The notes under the pieces are model-generated. The model was not told the origin of the DNA. It did no database searches and saw only the letters and a program-made list of their open reading frames with translations. This document shows, piece by piece, positions 32,043-44,168 of a stretch of DNA of 55,815 nucleotides; position 1 is the stretch's first letter; each line of letters opens with the position of its first letter. The position numbers were made by a program, and so were the translations under genes. The stretch is from Saprolegnia diclina VS20 (lineage: Eukaryota), in the NCBI RefSeq assembly GCF_000281045.1, contig NW_008246089.1, forward strand, positions 585,256 to 641,070, read 5' to 3'.

Positions 32043-33398
32043 TTAGCACCCGCCCGCGTAGACACTCGGGAACGACGAGGCGTCGTCATTGCACTGTCCG
32101 TGGTCGCCGGTTGAGTGATGCGCGTCATGATGGTGATGGCCATGGTGGTGACCATCGTGGTGCTGACCATCCTCCTCGTGGTGGTGGTGGTGGTGGTGGT
32201 GCCCAGTATCGTCGGCACTGCTACTGCTGGACGACCCGCGATCTTCATGGGGCACGGACACTGTTATGTCGCTCGAGTCGTTGGTCATCGACTCGGACGA
32301 CGACTCTTCCTTCTTCTTCTTCTTTTTCTTGGTCTTGTCCTTGGGCGTTGAGCTTGGGCGTGTGCTCGCACGGTCTGCACTCGGCATTGGCTCGTCTTCG
32401 TCGCGGTTGGAAAAGTAGGTGGCTACTTCATCGCGGAGCTCGGGCGAGGCTGCGGCCGACCACTCGAGAAGCCCCGTCTCGGGACTCACGTGAAGGTGCT
32501 CGAACGGGTCGAACTGGTGCTTGGCGAGCGTCTGCCACCGGCCCATGTACTGGCGGTTCACGAGCGACCCGTGCCAGCTATGAAAGATGGACCCGGGGAC
32601 GTAGCCAAGCTGGACGCCGTACTCCATCGCGACGGCCTGCCAGTCCAAAATCATCTGCGAATACGCAGGTGCGATAGTGTAGTTGGTCGGGATTGAGTCT
32701 TGGGCGCGCCCGAGGATCGCCATGGCCATGTGGCGGTCCGCCGAGCCGTACGAGCGTTCGATGAGACCGCCGGTGGCAAGGAACACGTCCCGATGCAGCG
32801 CCCACGCAAAGCCCGGGTGCCAATACTCCTCATGGTCGTTCGAGACGTTCTTGAGCGCAGACGCGAGCTTGTTGTTCATGTGGTACTGGTACCCAAAGCC
32901 TTTCACGACCACCGGCGTCGGGTTCTCGAGCGTCGCCGTCTCAAAGAGCTGCAGCATCGCGTGCGGGTGCAGGCGGTCAAGCGTGTCGGTCACCACATGT
33001 GGGCTCTCGAACGTAATGTCGGCGTCGACGTACGCAAAGTACTCTGCGCAGTGGGCCGTGCGCTGGAGGATGTTGCGCACCGTGAGGTTGATGAGGTTCT
33101 CCTTGCTCCAGATCGCATTCACCGACGGCGTCCGCAACGTAAGATCATATTGCCCTTGCACGTCCAAGCTCACAAAGTCGAGGCTATCGTACGCGATCTG
33201 GGCAACGGCAATCTCGAGCTTGTCGCGGCCATGGAGCGCCGCTTGCAGCGCGAGGAGATGGCGGTGCGTCTGCAGCAGGAGCTTTCGCCGGCTCGCAAAG
33301 CCTTGCGGGTTGGAGTAGACGAGGATCACATGCAGCGTCCGGGCGGCGGAGGGCGCGGCGACGTCCCGCGCCGCCTCTTTCTGGCACAGCGCGCCCAT
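32043..33398 (-). CDS. GT-A-fold glycosyltransferase-like protein with N-myristoylation motif and poly-Lys/poly-His tail, 451 aa
   Basis: Intronless. MGALCQK start, then IWSKENLIN, YVDADITF (DxD), YWHPGFAWA, GSADRHMA and HSWHG..NRQY..RW. Confidence 0.8.
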   Translation of the reverse strand: MGALCQKEAARDVAAPSAARTLHVILVYSNPQGFASRRKLLLQTHRHLLALQAALHGRDKLEIAVAQIAYDSLDFVSLDVQGQYDLTLRTPSVNAIWSKENLINLTVRNILQRTAHCAEYFAYVDADITFESPHVVTDTLDRLHPHAMLQLFETATLENPTPVVVKGFGYQYHMNNKLASALKNVSNDHEEYWHPGFAWALHRDVFLATGGLIERSYGSADRHMAMAILGRAQDSIPTNYTIAPAYSQMILDWQAVAMEYGVQLGYVPGSIFHSWHGSLVNRQYMGRWQTLAKHQFDPFEHLHVSPETGLLEWSAAASPELRDEVATYFSNRDEDEPMPSADRASTRPSSTPKDKTKKKKKKKEESSSESMTNDSSDITVSVPHEDRGSSSSSSADDTGHHHHHHHHEEDGQHHDGHHHGHHHHDAHHSTGDHGQCNDDASSFPSVYAGGC

Positions 33399-34267
33399 GC
33401 TCTTGGCGTTTGCGGTGATGGCGACGCCTGTTACTCACGCCAAAATCTAGAACCGCCTTGATCGGGCAAACAACGTTTTATGCGTTAAACGCCACCACGC
33501 GGTCTCTCGGAACGCGATGCCATCACCTTGGTCATGTCATCGCCGCCATCGTATTGCAACCATTCTTGACGTCCTCGTGGTCGTCGTCGTCGACCTCGTT
33601 GTCGTTGCCGAGCTACTCGTTGCAGTTGGCGTTGGTGCTGCGGATCATTACACCGCGGAGGTTGATGGGTCAGCAATCGTCGCCACCACTCGTCGTCCAA
33701 GATAACGAGCGAGATCCGCACATCCGCAGTGCTGCTTGGAACGTCGCGAGTAGCTACACACAAGTAGCTTTGGTCAACGCTGACGCGCGCTAAAATTTCA
33801 CCAAACGAGACACGGCAGCGCTGTCTCCACAGTACAAGCTGCGCCGATGGTTGCCTACAGTACGTATAGCGCGTCGCTGCCCACTCCTTGGACCTTGCTG
33901 TGGCACGGCGGTGGGCCGAGGCGGTTCGGGAGGGTGCTCGGCCTGTCGGAGATCCAGCAGCTGATGCCACCAAGATCGCCAGCTGGTTAGCGCACGATGG
34001 AACCTGCTTCCGATGGACGTGGCGTAGCCTGTGGAGGTGGTGCAGGGCGAACGCCGCCGTGGCCGTTAGTCGAGGGACGGCCGGCGCACGTGCTTGGGTT
34101 GTGTTGGGTGCCGGCTTGGCTTTCTCCAGCGTCCGGGGGAATGCGTTATAGTCTAAAACGCAGGACGGGTTAAAGTCCGGCGTACTTTATGGGGACGCCG
34201 GTTGGCGGTGGGTTCCAGTATTTGACGACTGCGCCCGCGACCGACCGACCGCTTGTCCGCTGCTGCC

Positions 34268-36975
34268 ATGGACCGCTTCGACGTCGACGAGCTGGACTTT
34301 GAGTCGGTTGAGCCTGTCCGGCCGAGCTCCTTCGATGGCACGAGCGCGCAGAAGTTTGACATTGCGATCCGCGCCCGGCAGGCGCTGCCGAGCCTGAGCC
34401 TCACGGCGACCTGCAATACGAAGCTCAAGCAGCTCGATTGGCGCTTCGTCAAGAAGGACAAGGAAGTCTCGATCCATCGGCTCGAGCGCGAGAAGCACGG
34501 CAACTCGCTCACGACGCGCGTGAGCTTCCGCATTAGCGTCGAGATCAAGTCGTACCTCGAGACCATCATGGACGCACTCGTGCCCAAGTCGCCGATCGAA
34601 TACTTGCACATGGAGAAGCGCATGTTTCCCAAGTTTGTCGACGCGGCCGTCTTGCACCAGGTCGAGGACGACGAGATCTCGGAGCTACCGACGTACCCGC
34701 GCCACTGCGTCAAGTGGCATGCGTCGCACCTCTTGACCAACCGCATCACTGGGCGCATGGGCACGCCAACAGACTTTGTCTTTGAGGAGTTTGCGGACGT
34801 CGAGACGATTGAGAACGTGCAGTGTGGCTTTGGCTACATCCAGAGCTGCGACTACCCCGAGGTACTGGACTCGTCCCTTCTTACCAGAGGACGCAACGCG
34901 ACCTCGTAGGCAGACCTTCGCCGCGTCAGCGCGATCAAGTGCAAGCGGGGTCTCATCCGCAAGGGCGTCTTCCTCGTGCAGCCCAGCGCGCCGGACTCGG
35001 TCATCCACGAAGTCACGGCCATGTACATTATGGACTTTCCGAAGAACCTCGGCATCAGCGTCGATCGCATCATCTCGGCGTACGCCGATCGGCTGCGCAA
35101 CATTCGCGAGATGCTCATCAACACGCTCTTCCAGCCGATCCCAATTTTGCCGCGCGACCAATGGGTCGACGACCGGTGCATCCTCCCACCTACCCTGTCG
35201 TAACTCACGCAGTGCTTTGACTAGGTCCCGGCGAGAGTGCTGTGTGTGCACGCAGACCTTTACGCTCGTGCGGGCGCGACACCACTGCCGCGCCTGTGGC
35301 GAAGTCGTCTGCGGCAACTGTTCGCGCAAGTGGTCGGTGCCGGTCAAGAACAACGGCGAGCTCCTCACGCGGCTCTGTACGCCGTGTTCGCTCAAAGCCC
35401 GGAGCAATCTCATGCCATCGGTGGTCCACACGAACCGGTTCTCGCGCTCCAACACGACCTTGGGCCTCGACCCACCGATGACGGACTTTGAGATGCACTT
35501 GCACACGTCGTACCACCCGCATTTGAACTCACTCCCGCTGCAGAAACCGATCTTTCACTCGGTCCGCGTCGGCGCCGCCGCGTCGGTCGTTGACGACACG
35601 GTGGCGGCCGTCGAAGGCGCATGGCATCAGCTCGTGACGGGGCCGCTCCAGCTCAATCGGCCGCATTTCGTCCTCGTCAACTACTCGTGTGCGCACGATC
35701 CATATGCGATTGCCGAGACACTGCATCGGCTGGCGCCGGACCTTGTGTTTTGTGGCGCAGCGCTCTCGATGGAGAAGGGCGACGTGACGTACTTTGAAGG
35801 CGGCGTGGACGGCAAGCTCGACAAGTACCCGCATTTGCTCAGTCTCTGGGGCCTCTACGATGTGGATGGGAGCTTCACCGCCAACGGCGTTGGCTTCCAG
35901 GGCATCGAGCCCAAGGAGGCGACACGCCAATGCATCAAGCAGAGCATTGTGGACCTCGAGCTTGGCCCGACCGAGAGTCCGGTAACGCCACGGTCATTGG
36001 ACTGTATTCAGTGGAGTGTCTAGGACATGCTGTGGCTCATGCCCACAGACGGCTACGAGGAGCCCGTGGTCCGAACAGTCGAAGGCATGCTTGACACGTC
36101 TGCGACGATCCTTGGCGCGACCAGCAAGCACAGTCGTCTCTGCGGCAGCGGCGCGCACGGTGTGTTTGTCATGACCGACGACCAGCCCGGCATCGTCTTG
36201 GCCATGTGCAGTCCCAGCATGCAAGTGACCGAGGCGTACTTTACGTGCTACGAGCCCAACGAACGCGTCTTCTCGGTCACCAAGGCCGACGGGAAGCGCC
36301 TCCTCGAGCTCGACCACCAGCCGCCGCTGCAAGTGCTCAAAGACGTACGTCGTCCTACCTTGGTCGCGCACGATATCCAGAGTGTCAAATGACGTAGGGC
36401 CTTGACCGCAACAAGCGCAAGCTGTACATGGGCTCGCGCCAAAAGGTGTTTCCGGCTTTTGGACGCATGCAGAAAGGCCTTGGCGGCGACGTGTACGTTC
36501 AGCAGATCGAGCCCGTCGGCGTGCACTCGGACATGAGCATGACACTGGCGGCCTCCATCAAGCGCGACGACCAGCTCCGCCTCATGTCGATGGACGCCAA
36601 AATGATTCCCGACGACATTGCTGCGGGGTCCGCTCGACTTTGCATGCTAGTCCAATCTCCTGATGTCATGTCTGTAGACTGCACGCGAGCCGAGAGGAGG
36701 AAGAAGTCATTGGCTGCTACGTGACGGTTGGCGCGAGCATTCTCCAGCACCTGGGCGACGACGCGCCGCAGCTGCGGGACGCGGTGCTGCATGGCATGGG
36801 TCGCAACCTCTACGCTGCGATTGCCGGCAATGTCTCGATGACGCAGATTGGTATCATGACGGGCGCGCACAAGCTGTCGTACGGCAACGGCATGGTCGCC
36901 GCCCTCCTCGTGACCAACACGAAGAAGCGGTCGGTCGAACGGCGCAGCAACCGCGCCCAGCGCCGGTCGTTCTAG
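34268..36975 (+). CDS. START-like + FYVE + FIST/FIST_C domain protein, ~6 exons
   Basis: FYVE motif WVDD..CCVC..F...RARHHCRACGEVVCGNCS..RLCTPC. C-terminal FIST-like motifs VTKADGKRLLELDHQP, LAASIKRDDQLRLM and YGNGMVAALLV. Introns at about 34862-34909, 35177-35224, 35982-36023, 36346-36397 and 36626-36678. Confidence 0.8.
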
Positions 36976-37144
36976 TCCTTTCCTACTAATTAGCTTATTC
37001 TTCTTCATCGTCTTCCTTGCTCGTGATCGACGACGACCTTGTCCAAGACACGTTGCCATAGAACCGCAAGCACGTCGCACGACTGGCTTTTCGTTAGTTG
37101 TCGGTTCTGTTGCAGACGTTTTCAGCCGGAAATAACCTGCAGGC

Positions 37145-39456
37145 ATGGCGCGTTCCGGTGTCGCACCGCTGCCGACGAAAGGGCCGCTGACGCACGCGAT
37201 CCCGAGCAAGCTCTCGCTCACCTTTAGCGACACGTCGCTCGAAGGCCAGTACGAGCGCACCCAGTGGGATCGGTACAGTGTCAAGCGCGCGCTTGGCGGG
37301 ACGCTTGGGTTTGTCGCGGGTCTCTGGGGGGTCGTGCTCCTCGCCAAGAACGAGTTGCTCTCTGTCTACCACGCGAGCGCCACCGCGTGGGTCCTGCCAG
37401 TCGTTGGCGGCCTTCAATGTTGCGTCTGGGCGGCGTACGCAAGCTTGGTTTTCTGGCGGCTCGAGCTCCGGTATGGGTGCGTCCTTCGGTCGTTTCTCGC
37501 GCTGGCGACGCTGGCGACGGTCGAATTGCTCGTCTTCGGCACGAACCAGCCGACGTACCTCATCACACTCTTTGCCGTCGTCGTCGCGCTCACGTGGCAT
37601 CTGCCGTTTCTGGAGTTTGTCGTCTTCATTGGCGTTGTCGTCGTCTCGAGCGGGGTGGTCTGGGGCGTCACGTCCCAAGGTCTGCGCCGCACCGTGTTAG
37701 GTTATACCCTCACGTCTGTCGAGTAGATTGGGTCGGCTTCGTCGTCCACGTGAGCTTCCTCGCGGTTCTCACGCGCGACTACCATGAGCGAAAGCAGACG
37801 CAGCGGCTTCGCTTCATGCAGACCAAGACCGACTTGATCGACACCGCCGAGCTGCCGAACCCAAGCGCGCACAGCGGCATGGAGCTCGTGCTTGAGACGC
37901 TCTGTCAACTGCGCTTGCAACACCCGACGACAAAGGCGCTCGACGTCGTGCTCCAAACACTCCTCTCCGAGACCGATTTGTTTACAAGTGTGTTGAAACG
38001 TTGATACAAAGGCGTCTGTCTCACCCAATGTGTTGTGAATAGCGTTGCCAATACAAACCGGCGGCGACGACCAAGAAGTCGGCGAGTGGTGGCGGCTCCT
38101 CGAAAGCACCAACAAGCGCCTTCGAAAGCGACGCGAGTCGAGTCTCCTCGTCCAGTCGCGGCGCAAGTCGGACTTGGACTTGCAAAACTCGATCGTGCAG
38201 CAAATCCGGGTCCTGTACCCGTCGGGCTCGCAAGAGCTGCGGTCGCCGACGATCGCGTCGATTCCGACGGCCGAGCCAGGCATGTTTACGCCCGAGTGGC
38301 TTCTCAACCACTGTGGGTCAGGCGCGATCAACATTTTCGGTGCGCTGCACATCGCATACGCGCGGTATCTCAGGATCGACGAATTAGAGCTCTCCCAGCA
38401 CTGCCAGTACCCCATGACGTCCATCTTGCTCGCAACGCTCGCGCACCAGCACCTCTTTGGCACGCTTGGCATCTCAATGGGCAACATTGCCGAGTTTGCC
38501 CTCGAGGTCGAAGGCCACTACCACGCCTCCAACCCCTACCACAACGCAATGTACACCCGCTTCTTGCAACCTTTCCTTAGCCTCTCTATATGCAGGCACG
38601 CGGCCAGCGTCATCTGGGATGTGCACCAACTCATGGTGCGCGTGACACGACTCAAGCCGCTGCAGCTCTACTCGCTTTTGGTCGCGGCTGCTGTCCACGA
38701 CGTGGACCACCCCGGCGTCAACAATACCTTTCTCATTCATAGCAACCACCCGCTCGCGCTTCAGTACTCGGACGACTCGGTGCTGGTAGGTCCTTGCAGC
38801 GTACTGCGATCGAGCAAACGTTGTGCATGTAGGAGCGCATGCACCTCGCGCGCGCGTTTGAGCTCAGTCGCAAGAACGGGTGCAACCCTTTCCAAAATCT
38901 GTCGGCCGAAGCGCGCGGCCAGTGCCGGCAGATGATCATCCAGCTCGTACTGGCGACGGACCTCGCCAAGCACGTGCAGCACGTCAACCACCTCAAGAGC
39001 AAGACGTACGGCACGACCGCCGAGACGCGGTACCTCGACGACGACTACACGATGCGCACGCTTTTGATGATGGCCGACATTGGTCGTCCTCTTTCTATTG
39101 CCGTCGTCGTCCCACACTAACAGGTTGGAGTAGGCCACGCGATGCAGCCGTTTGAGCTCCATCACAAGTGGGCCAACCTCGTCCAAGAAGAGTTTTACCG
39201 ACAAGGCGACCTCGAAGCGGCGCAGAAGCTCCCGATCTCGCCGCTCTGTCAGCGCAAGGACGCGAGTGCGACCAAGTTTGCCAAGAGCCAACTGGGCTTT
39301 TTCGAGTTTATCGTCATGCCCCTCTACTCGATCGCCGCGGCGGTCGTCGAGTTCACCGCCATCCAAGACGTGGTTGACAACGTCGACGCCAACGCGGCTG
39401 CGTGGAGGAGGCAGGCCGACGCTGACGCCGCGGCCATCCCAGACAAAAGTAGATAG
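37145..39456 (+). CDS. Membrane-bound class I 3',5'-cyclic nucleotide phosphodiesterase, ~6 exons
   Basis: About 6 N-terminal TM segments. NPYHN, HDVDHPGVNN, SVLERMH, LATDL, ADIGH, EEFYRQGD and SQLGF motifs, so the metal ligands and invariant Gln are present. Confidence 0.92.
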
Positions 39457-39900
39457 CATCCAAGACGCGAATAAATATCTCATCTTTGCAGCCAGGTTGA
39501 TAGGCACCAGATGGCGCAGCTACAGTGTACAATGCCACCGCAAGTCCCATCCGACCCGTGTTAAAACCGACGTTGTATCCGGAATTCGTTCCGGATACGC
39601 GCTCGTCGGCCAGCCACTCGAGCGTGTGTCGTCTTAACGCTATGACACGCTCATGCTCGAGGATCTACGAGCTAGACAGTACCATGCAAAGCGTTGATGC
39701 AAATACCGTACGTTGGTCCACTCTGTGGCGCGCCAAAGACACGGCGAGAATTCCGGCATCCACCATAATAAACTACTGTTTTGTATGTGTAGGAATTGAC
39801 GCACGGCGAGGTATGAATTAGGAAAAACACCCGTGGACCCGAAAACTGGGATCGGCGCAAGTGCACTTTCGAATTTGCTTCCGGTTCAACATCGAGACCG

Positions 39901-41437
39901 ATGGCGCCAGCCGAACGTGATCCACTCATTGCCTACCCATCGGAGCGCGCCCGGTCGCGCTGGACTGCGCGCTTCATCGCCTACGCGGCCGCAGGTACAT
40001 CCAGCGTACGCCGCCTCCTTGGTCTAAGCACATGCGTAGCGCTGGCACTGGCAGGCTGCGGCCTCGCCGCGTCGCTCCATCCGGCGCCGTCGCCCATCAA
40101 CGACGTGGTCAGCACGGCGCTTGCTCTGGACGCGACACTGCCCCGGCGTCCGGCCCACTGCCCGCCCATTGCGCCGCACGAGCGCGTCGTGCTCTTCTGG
40201 CAGTCGGAAGTCGGCGGCTGCGAACAGGTGCACCCAACGTTCTTGTCGTCGTCGTGTCGTGACGTCTATCTCGTTAGATCCCGGACGGCGTCACGCACGT
40301 GCTCTGGGGGTTTGCCCAAGTCGAGGCCGGTGAAGTGATTCCGCGTTTCCAGACGCATGACGCGCTCCTCACCTCGTGCGTGCAGGCGCTCCGCGCGTAC
40401 GAACCGCCCCGTCGCATGCCCATCCCACTGATATATAACAATTCATTTTGGTAGGCGCTGCATTTACTCGCTGGGCGTCGTCGGCGGCGCCAACAACAAT
40501 GACGGCATGGCCAGCATTCGCGACCCACCGCGCTTTGTCCGGAGTGTCTTGTCCCTTGTCGACAAGTACCAGTTTGACGGCATTGACATTGACGACGAGA
40601 CCAATTACCGAGAGGCGGGCTACAGCAGCCGCGCGATCGTGGCGTACATGACGGCGCTCCGCAACGCGTTCCGGCCGCTCAACCTGCTCCTGACGTACGA
40701 CGCGTACATGATGGAGGCAAGCCCCCATTGCGGAAAGGGCATGCGCTGCTTCGCCAAAGGCGTCGAGCGCCTCGTCGACTGGGTCAACATCATGGCGTAC
40801 AACATTGACCGCGACCCAAAGCTCGCCACGGTAAATGCCTTTTCACATTTTTGAAAGTTGACGATTGGGATAGCCCATTTACGAGGCTGCCGTGCATCAA
40901 ACGTTTCCGCAGTGGCAGCGCCGCGTGCCCAACGACAAGATTACGGTGGGTCTCTGCACCGGGTCGGGTTGTGCGTGGGGTCCCGGGCCGTCGCCCGACG
41001 TTGTTGAAGCCTACATTCGCTATGCCAAGGGCACTGGCGGCCTCATGATCTACGCCGGCTCGGCCGACATTGACCAAGGCTTTGTGACGACCAAGGCCGT
41101 TGTCGCTCGTCTCCACCCGCAGTCGTCGACGCAGTTGGCGGTCGCCACGACCATGACGCCTGTGCCAACCACTGTGACGCCTGTGCCGACCACCGCGACG
41201 CCCGCGCCAACGACGGTGACGCCCGAGCCAACGACGGTGACACCCGAGCCGACAACCGAGACAATGGCGCCAACGCCGGAACCTTGGACGGTGACGCCGG
41301 CGCCGACCGAGCCGGGCGTTCGTCCCGATGCGATCTGCGGTTCGTGCTACGACTGCTTTTACGAGCCGATCAAGGGCTGCTTCGATGGCTGGTCCGAGGC
41401 GCAGTGCAAGAGCCTTAGCTTCACGTGGTGCGGATAA
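39901..41437 (+). CDS. GH18 chitinase with N-terminal membrane anchor, Thr/Pro linker and C-terminal Cys-rich module; 3 introns
   Basis: THVLWGFA, VVGGA, intact catalytic FDGIDIDDE (DxxDxDxE), VDWVNIMAY, KITVG and GGLMIY motifs. Confidence 0.9.
41148..41310 (+). repeat. Coding 21-bp minisatellite, (T-T-V-T-P-x-P)n chitinase linker
   Basis: About 7 degenerate units: TTMTPVP, TTVTPVP, TTATPAP, TTVTPEP and similar. Confidence 0.85.
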
Positions 41438-41654
41438 CCATCCTAGTACTAATCTGATTTTCCCCATCTCGCATAAACTGTTCTGTCGCAGTAGCTCGGT
41501 AGAGACGAACCCACTCACGCGGATGTGGCCTCGGGGCCGCTCCTCAGCACGTGCGTCATAGAGCACGATAGGCTGGCACGCGCTGCGCACCGATAGGCCT
41601 GATGCACTAGTGTCGAATGCATCAACACCATCACCGCGTCGTTTGCTGAAAGCA

Positions 41655-43958
41655 TTATTGGAGCGTAAAGAGCTTGACACTCGCGTCCTCACTGCAGCTG
41701 AGCAGCGTCATCTCGGTCGGGTGCCACGCCAGCCGAGTGACTTTGGCCGCGTGGGCTGCGACCACTTGGTCGCGACGCGTCATCTGAAAGCGACCTGCTG
41801 CGTCAATGCGCCGAACATCGCAGAGCACAATGCGGCCGGACTCGAGACCGACCACCAGCAATGGTGTCGCACTTGCCGGCGCAAAGGCGACGGCCGTCAC
41901 GGCCGCGGGCAACGTCATCGGCGCCGCTACCTACAACGACGCAATCCATCTTGAAACATTGATACGAATGTGACGTACCTGCTGCCAGACACCGGCCAAT
42001 AACCCCCAGAGCGCAACTGTCTCGTCACGCGACCCGGTGACGAGAACGGGTTCGTGCGGCAGCCAGTCGCAGCTCCAAATGATGCGCTTGTGGGCCTTGA
42101 CCTGCTTGTGCACAAGGGCATAGATCCCATTCGAGAGGGCAAAGACGCAGAGGCTGCGGTCCTTGGAGACGGACGCAAGGTACGTATCATCGCTCGAGAA
42201 GGCGAGCTGCACGACCGACGAGCTATGCCCTGGCAGCTGCTGCGCCGCCACGAGCGACGTGCTCGCCTCGTCTTTGCGCCAGAGCCAAATCGCCGCCGCC
42301 GACTCGTCCCGCGCCTTGCACGTCGACGCCAAGACGTCGCCGGTATGACTGCGACGCACGCAAAGCAGCTCGTTGCCGTGGCCGTAGAGCTTTTGCACCT
42401 CCGGCCAAAGCGACCGGCGCGCGAGCTGCTCGCCCACAATGGCCGTCTCGTCCGCCTCGCCACGCTTGTTGGTCAAACTGAGCTCGGGAAGAACGCCAAA
42501 CCCGCGTCCTGTCGACGCCCCAGAAACGAGCGCGTGCATGCCGGACGGCACGTCAAAGACACGGAGGATCTTTTCGTCGGCGCCGCTCACAAACTGCGCG
42601 TCGCTCAAGAACGTTGCGCACTGGAGGTCGTAGCCGTGCACCTGCGCGCGCGACACCTCAGTGGTCGCGTCAAGCCGGTACGCGCGCGCGGTCTGGTCAA
42701 GCGAGACGGAGACAAAGAAAGCACCCGACGGCGCCCACGCCACGTCCGTGACCGGTCGGCTGTGCCCCGTGACGGACCGCGCTGGCACGTAGTGTGCGTC
42801 ACTTTTGGTCCACCGGTAGAGCTCGCCCGTAAACGTAAGCCCAAGAAGGTCGGCACCGAACGACGCGCCCGCCAGGAGACCGAGGCCACTACGCATGCCG
42901 TATTTGAGCTAAGCTTGAAGGGAAAAGGTGGAGGAAGCTACCCGAGATCGCCGACGCGGGTCGTTGGATGCCACGCCGCGCCGTCGTCGGCGGCCCAGAG
43001 GAGGAGTCGGTTGTCCATAGAGCACGAGAGGAGCGAGTGGTTGGACGTCCAGCAAACGCTCGTCACCCAGTCGTCGTGGCCCACGAGCATCGCGTCGAAC
43101 GTGACGTTCCTAATGCGATGCTAAGGCACCCATTCACAAAGGAATGGCGATCGTACAGCGCCGCGTCAATGCGCCAGAGGCGAATCTTGTGGTCTTGGGC
43201 GGCGGACGCCAGCAGGACGTCACCCGAGGCGAGCGGCGGTGAGAACGCGAGGTCCCGCACCCAGCCCTTGTGACCTACGCCAAGCGCCGATGAGATGCAG
43301 TTCGCCTCGGGTTAACGCGACCTGCGTGCGAGCTCACGAGCGACAGCGCTTGCAGCGTCAAGTCGACCGTGTAGACGTGAACAAGTGCATCGACGCCACC
43401 AAGCGCTAGCAGAAGAGTGCCGCGACCGTCTTGCATAAGGGCGATGGCTTCGGCAATGTGCCGCTCGCCCAGCGACAGTGTTGTCGTCGCTCGTGTTGCT
43501 GGATCGACAACGACAATATCGCCGTTGGAGATGGCCGCAAAGACGAGCAGCCGAGACGATGCCAGTGTCGTACAAGTCAGCGCCGAGACAGACGAGCCAG
43601 CACCGGCAACGACAACCTCGGACGTCCAGGCATTGGCCGCTCGCCGCCAAAGGCGCACCTCGCCGCTGGCGTCGCCAGAGACAATGCATGAGGCAGCGTC
43701 GCGCCAGTACACTAGAGCCATATGAGCAGATCAGTGGACGAAGGGCGGCGTACCGCACGCGACGCGCGCCTTGTGACCATGCAGCGTGTGGACGATGGCC
43801 GGGACCGTCGCTGCCGCGCTGCAATAGCGGGCGATCGCCACTGTGGTCGAGGCTGCGAACGCCACCTCGCAGCCGTCCTCGCAGGCGACGGCGCGGGACA
43901 TGCAGTGGCTGCCATTGTTGCAGCCGACAGCCACGAACGCTTCGTGGAGCGCCGTCAT
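41655..43958 (-). CDS. ELP2: Elongator complex protein 2 (WD40), multi-exon
   Basis: FVAVGCN, LVGHDDWV, AQVHGYDL, FVSGADEKILRVF, LWPEVQKLYGHGNEL and AHKRIIWSCDW are Elp2 hallmark motifs. Confidence 0.92.
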
Positions 43959-44168
43959 CGTGGAGGTATCGATAGCTACGTCCAATCCAGCTATCCGGTA
44001 ACGTGCATTTTATCCGTACAATGCGAGGTGCACTTTCTATCAAGATATCGAGCAGATTTGCCAAAGAGTTTTTCTTTAGTGTCAACAGCGTTTCTAGACC
44101 CTTGACGATGATGGCGTATTATGCTTCGAACGCGATTATGCGCTTCAAGGCGACGCAAGCAATGGCGT

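Noticed and set aside
33458..34250. Possible small spliced gene on the minus strand between the GT-like and FYVE genes
   Set aside because: Some splice-acceptor-like sites, but no consistent ATG-to-stop model or homology could be built.
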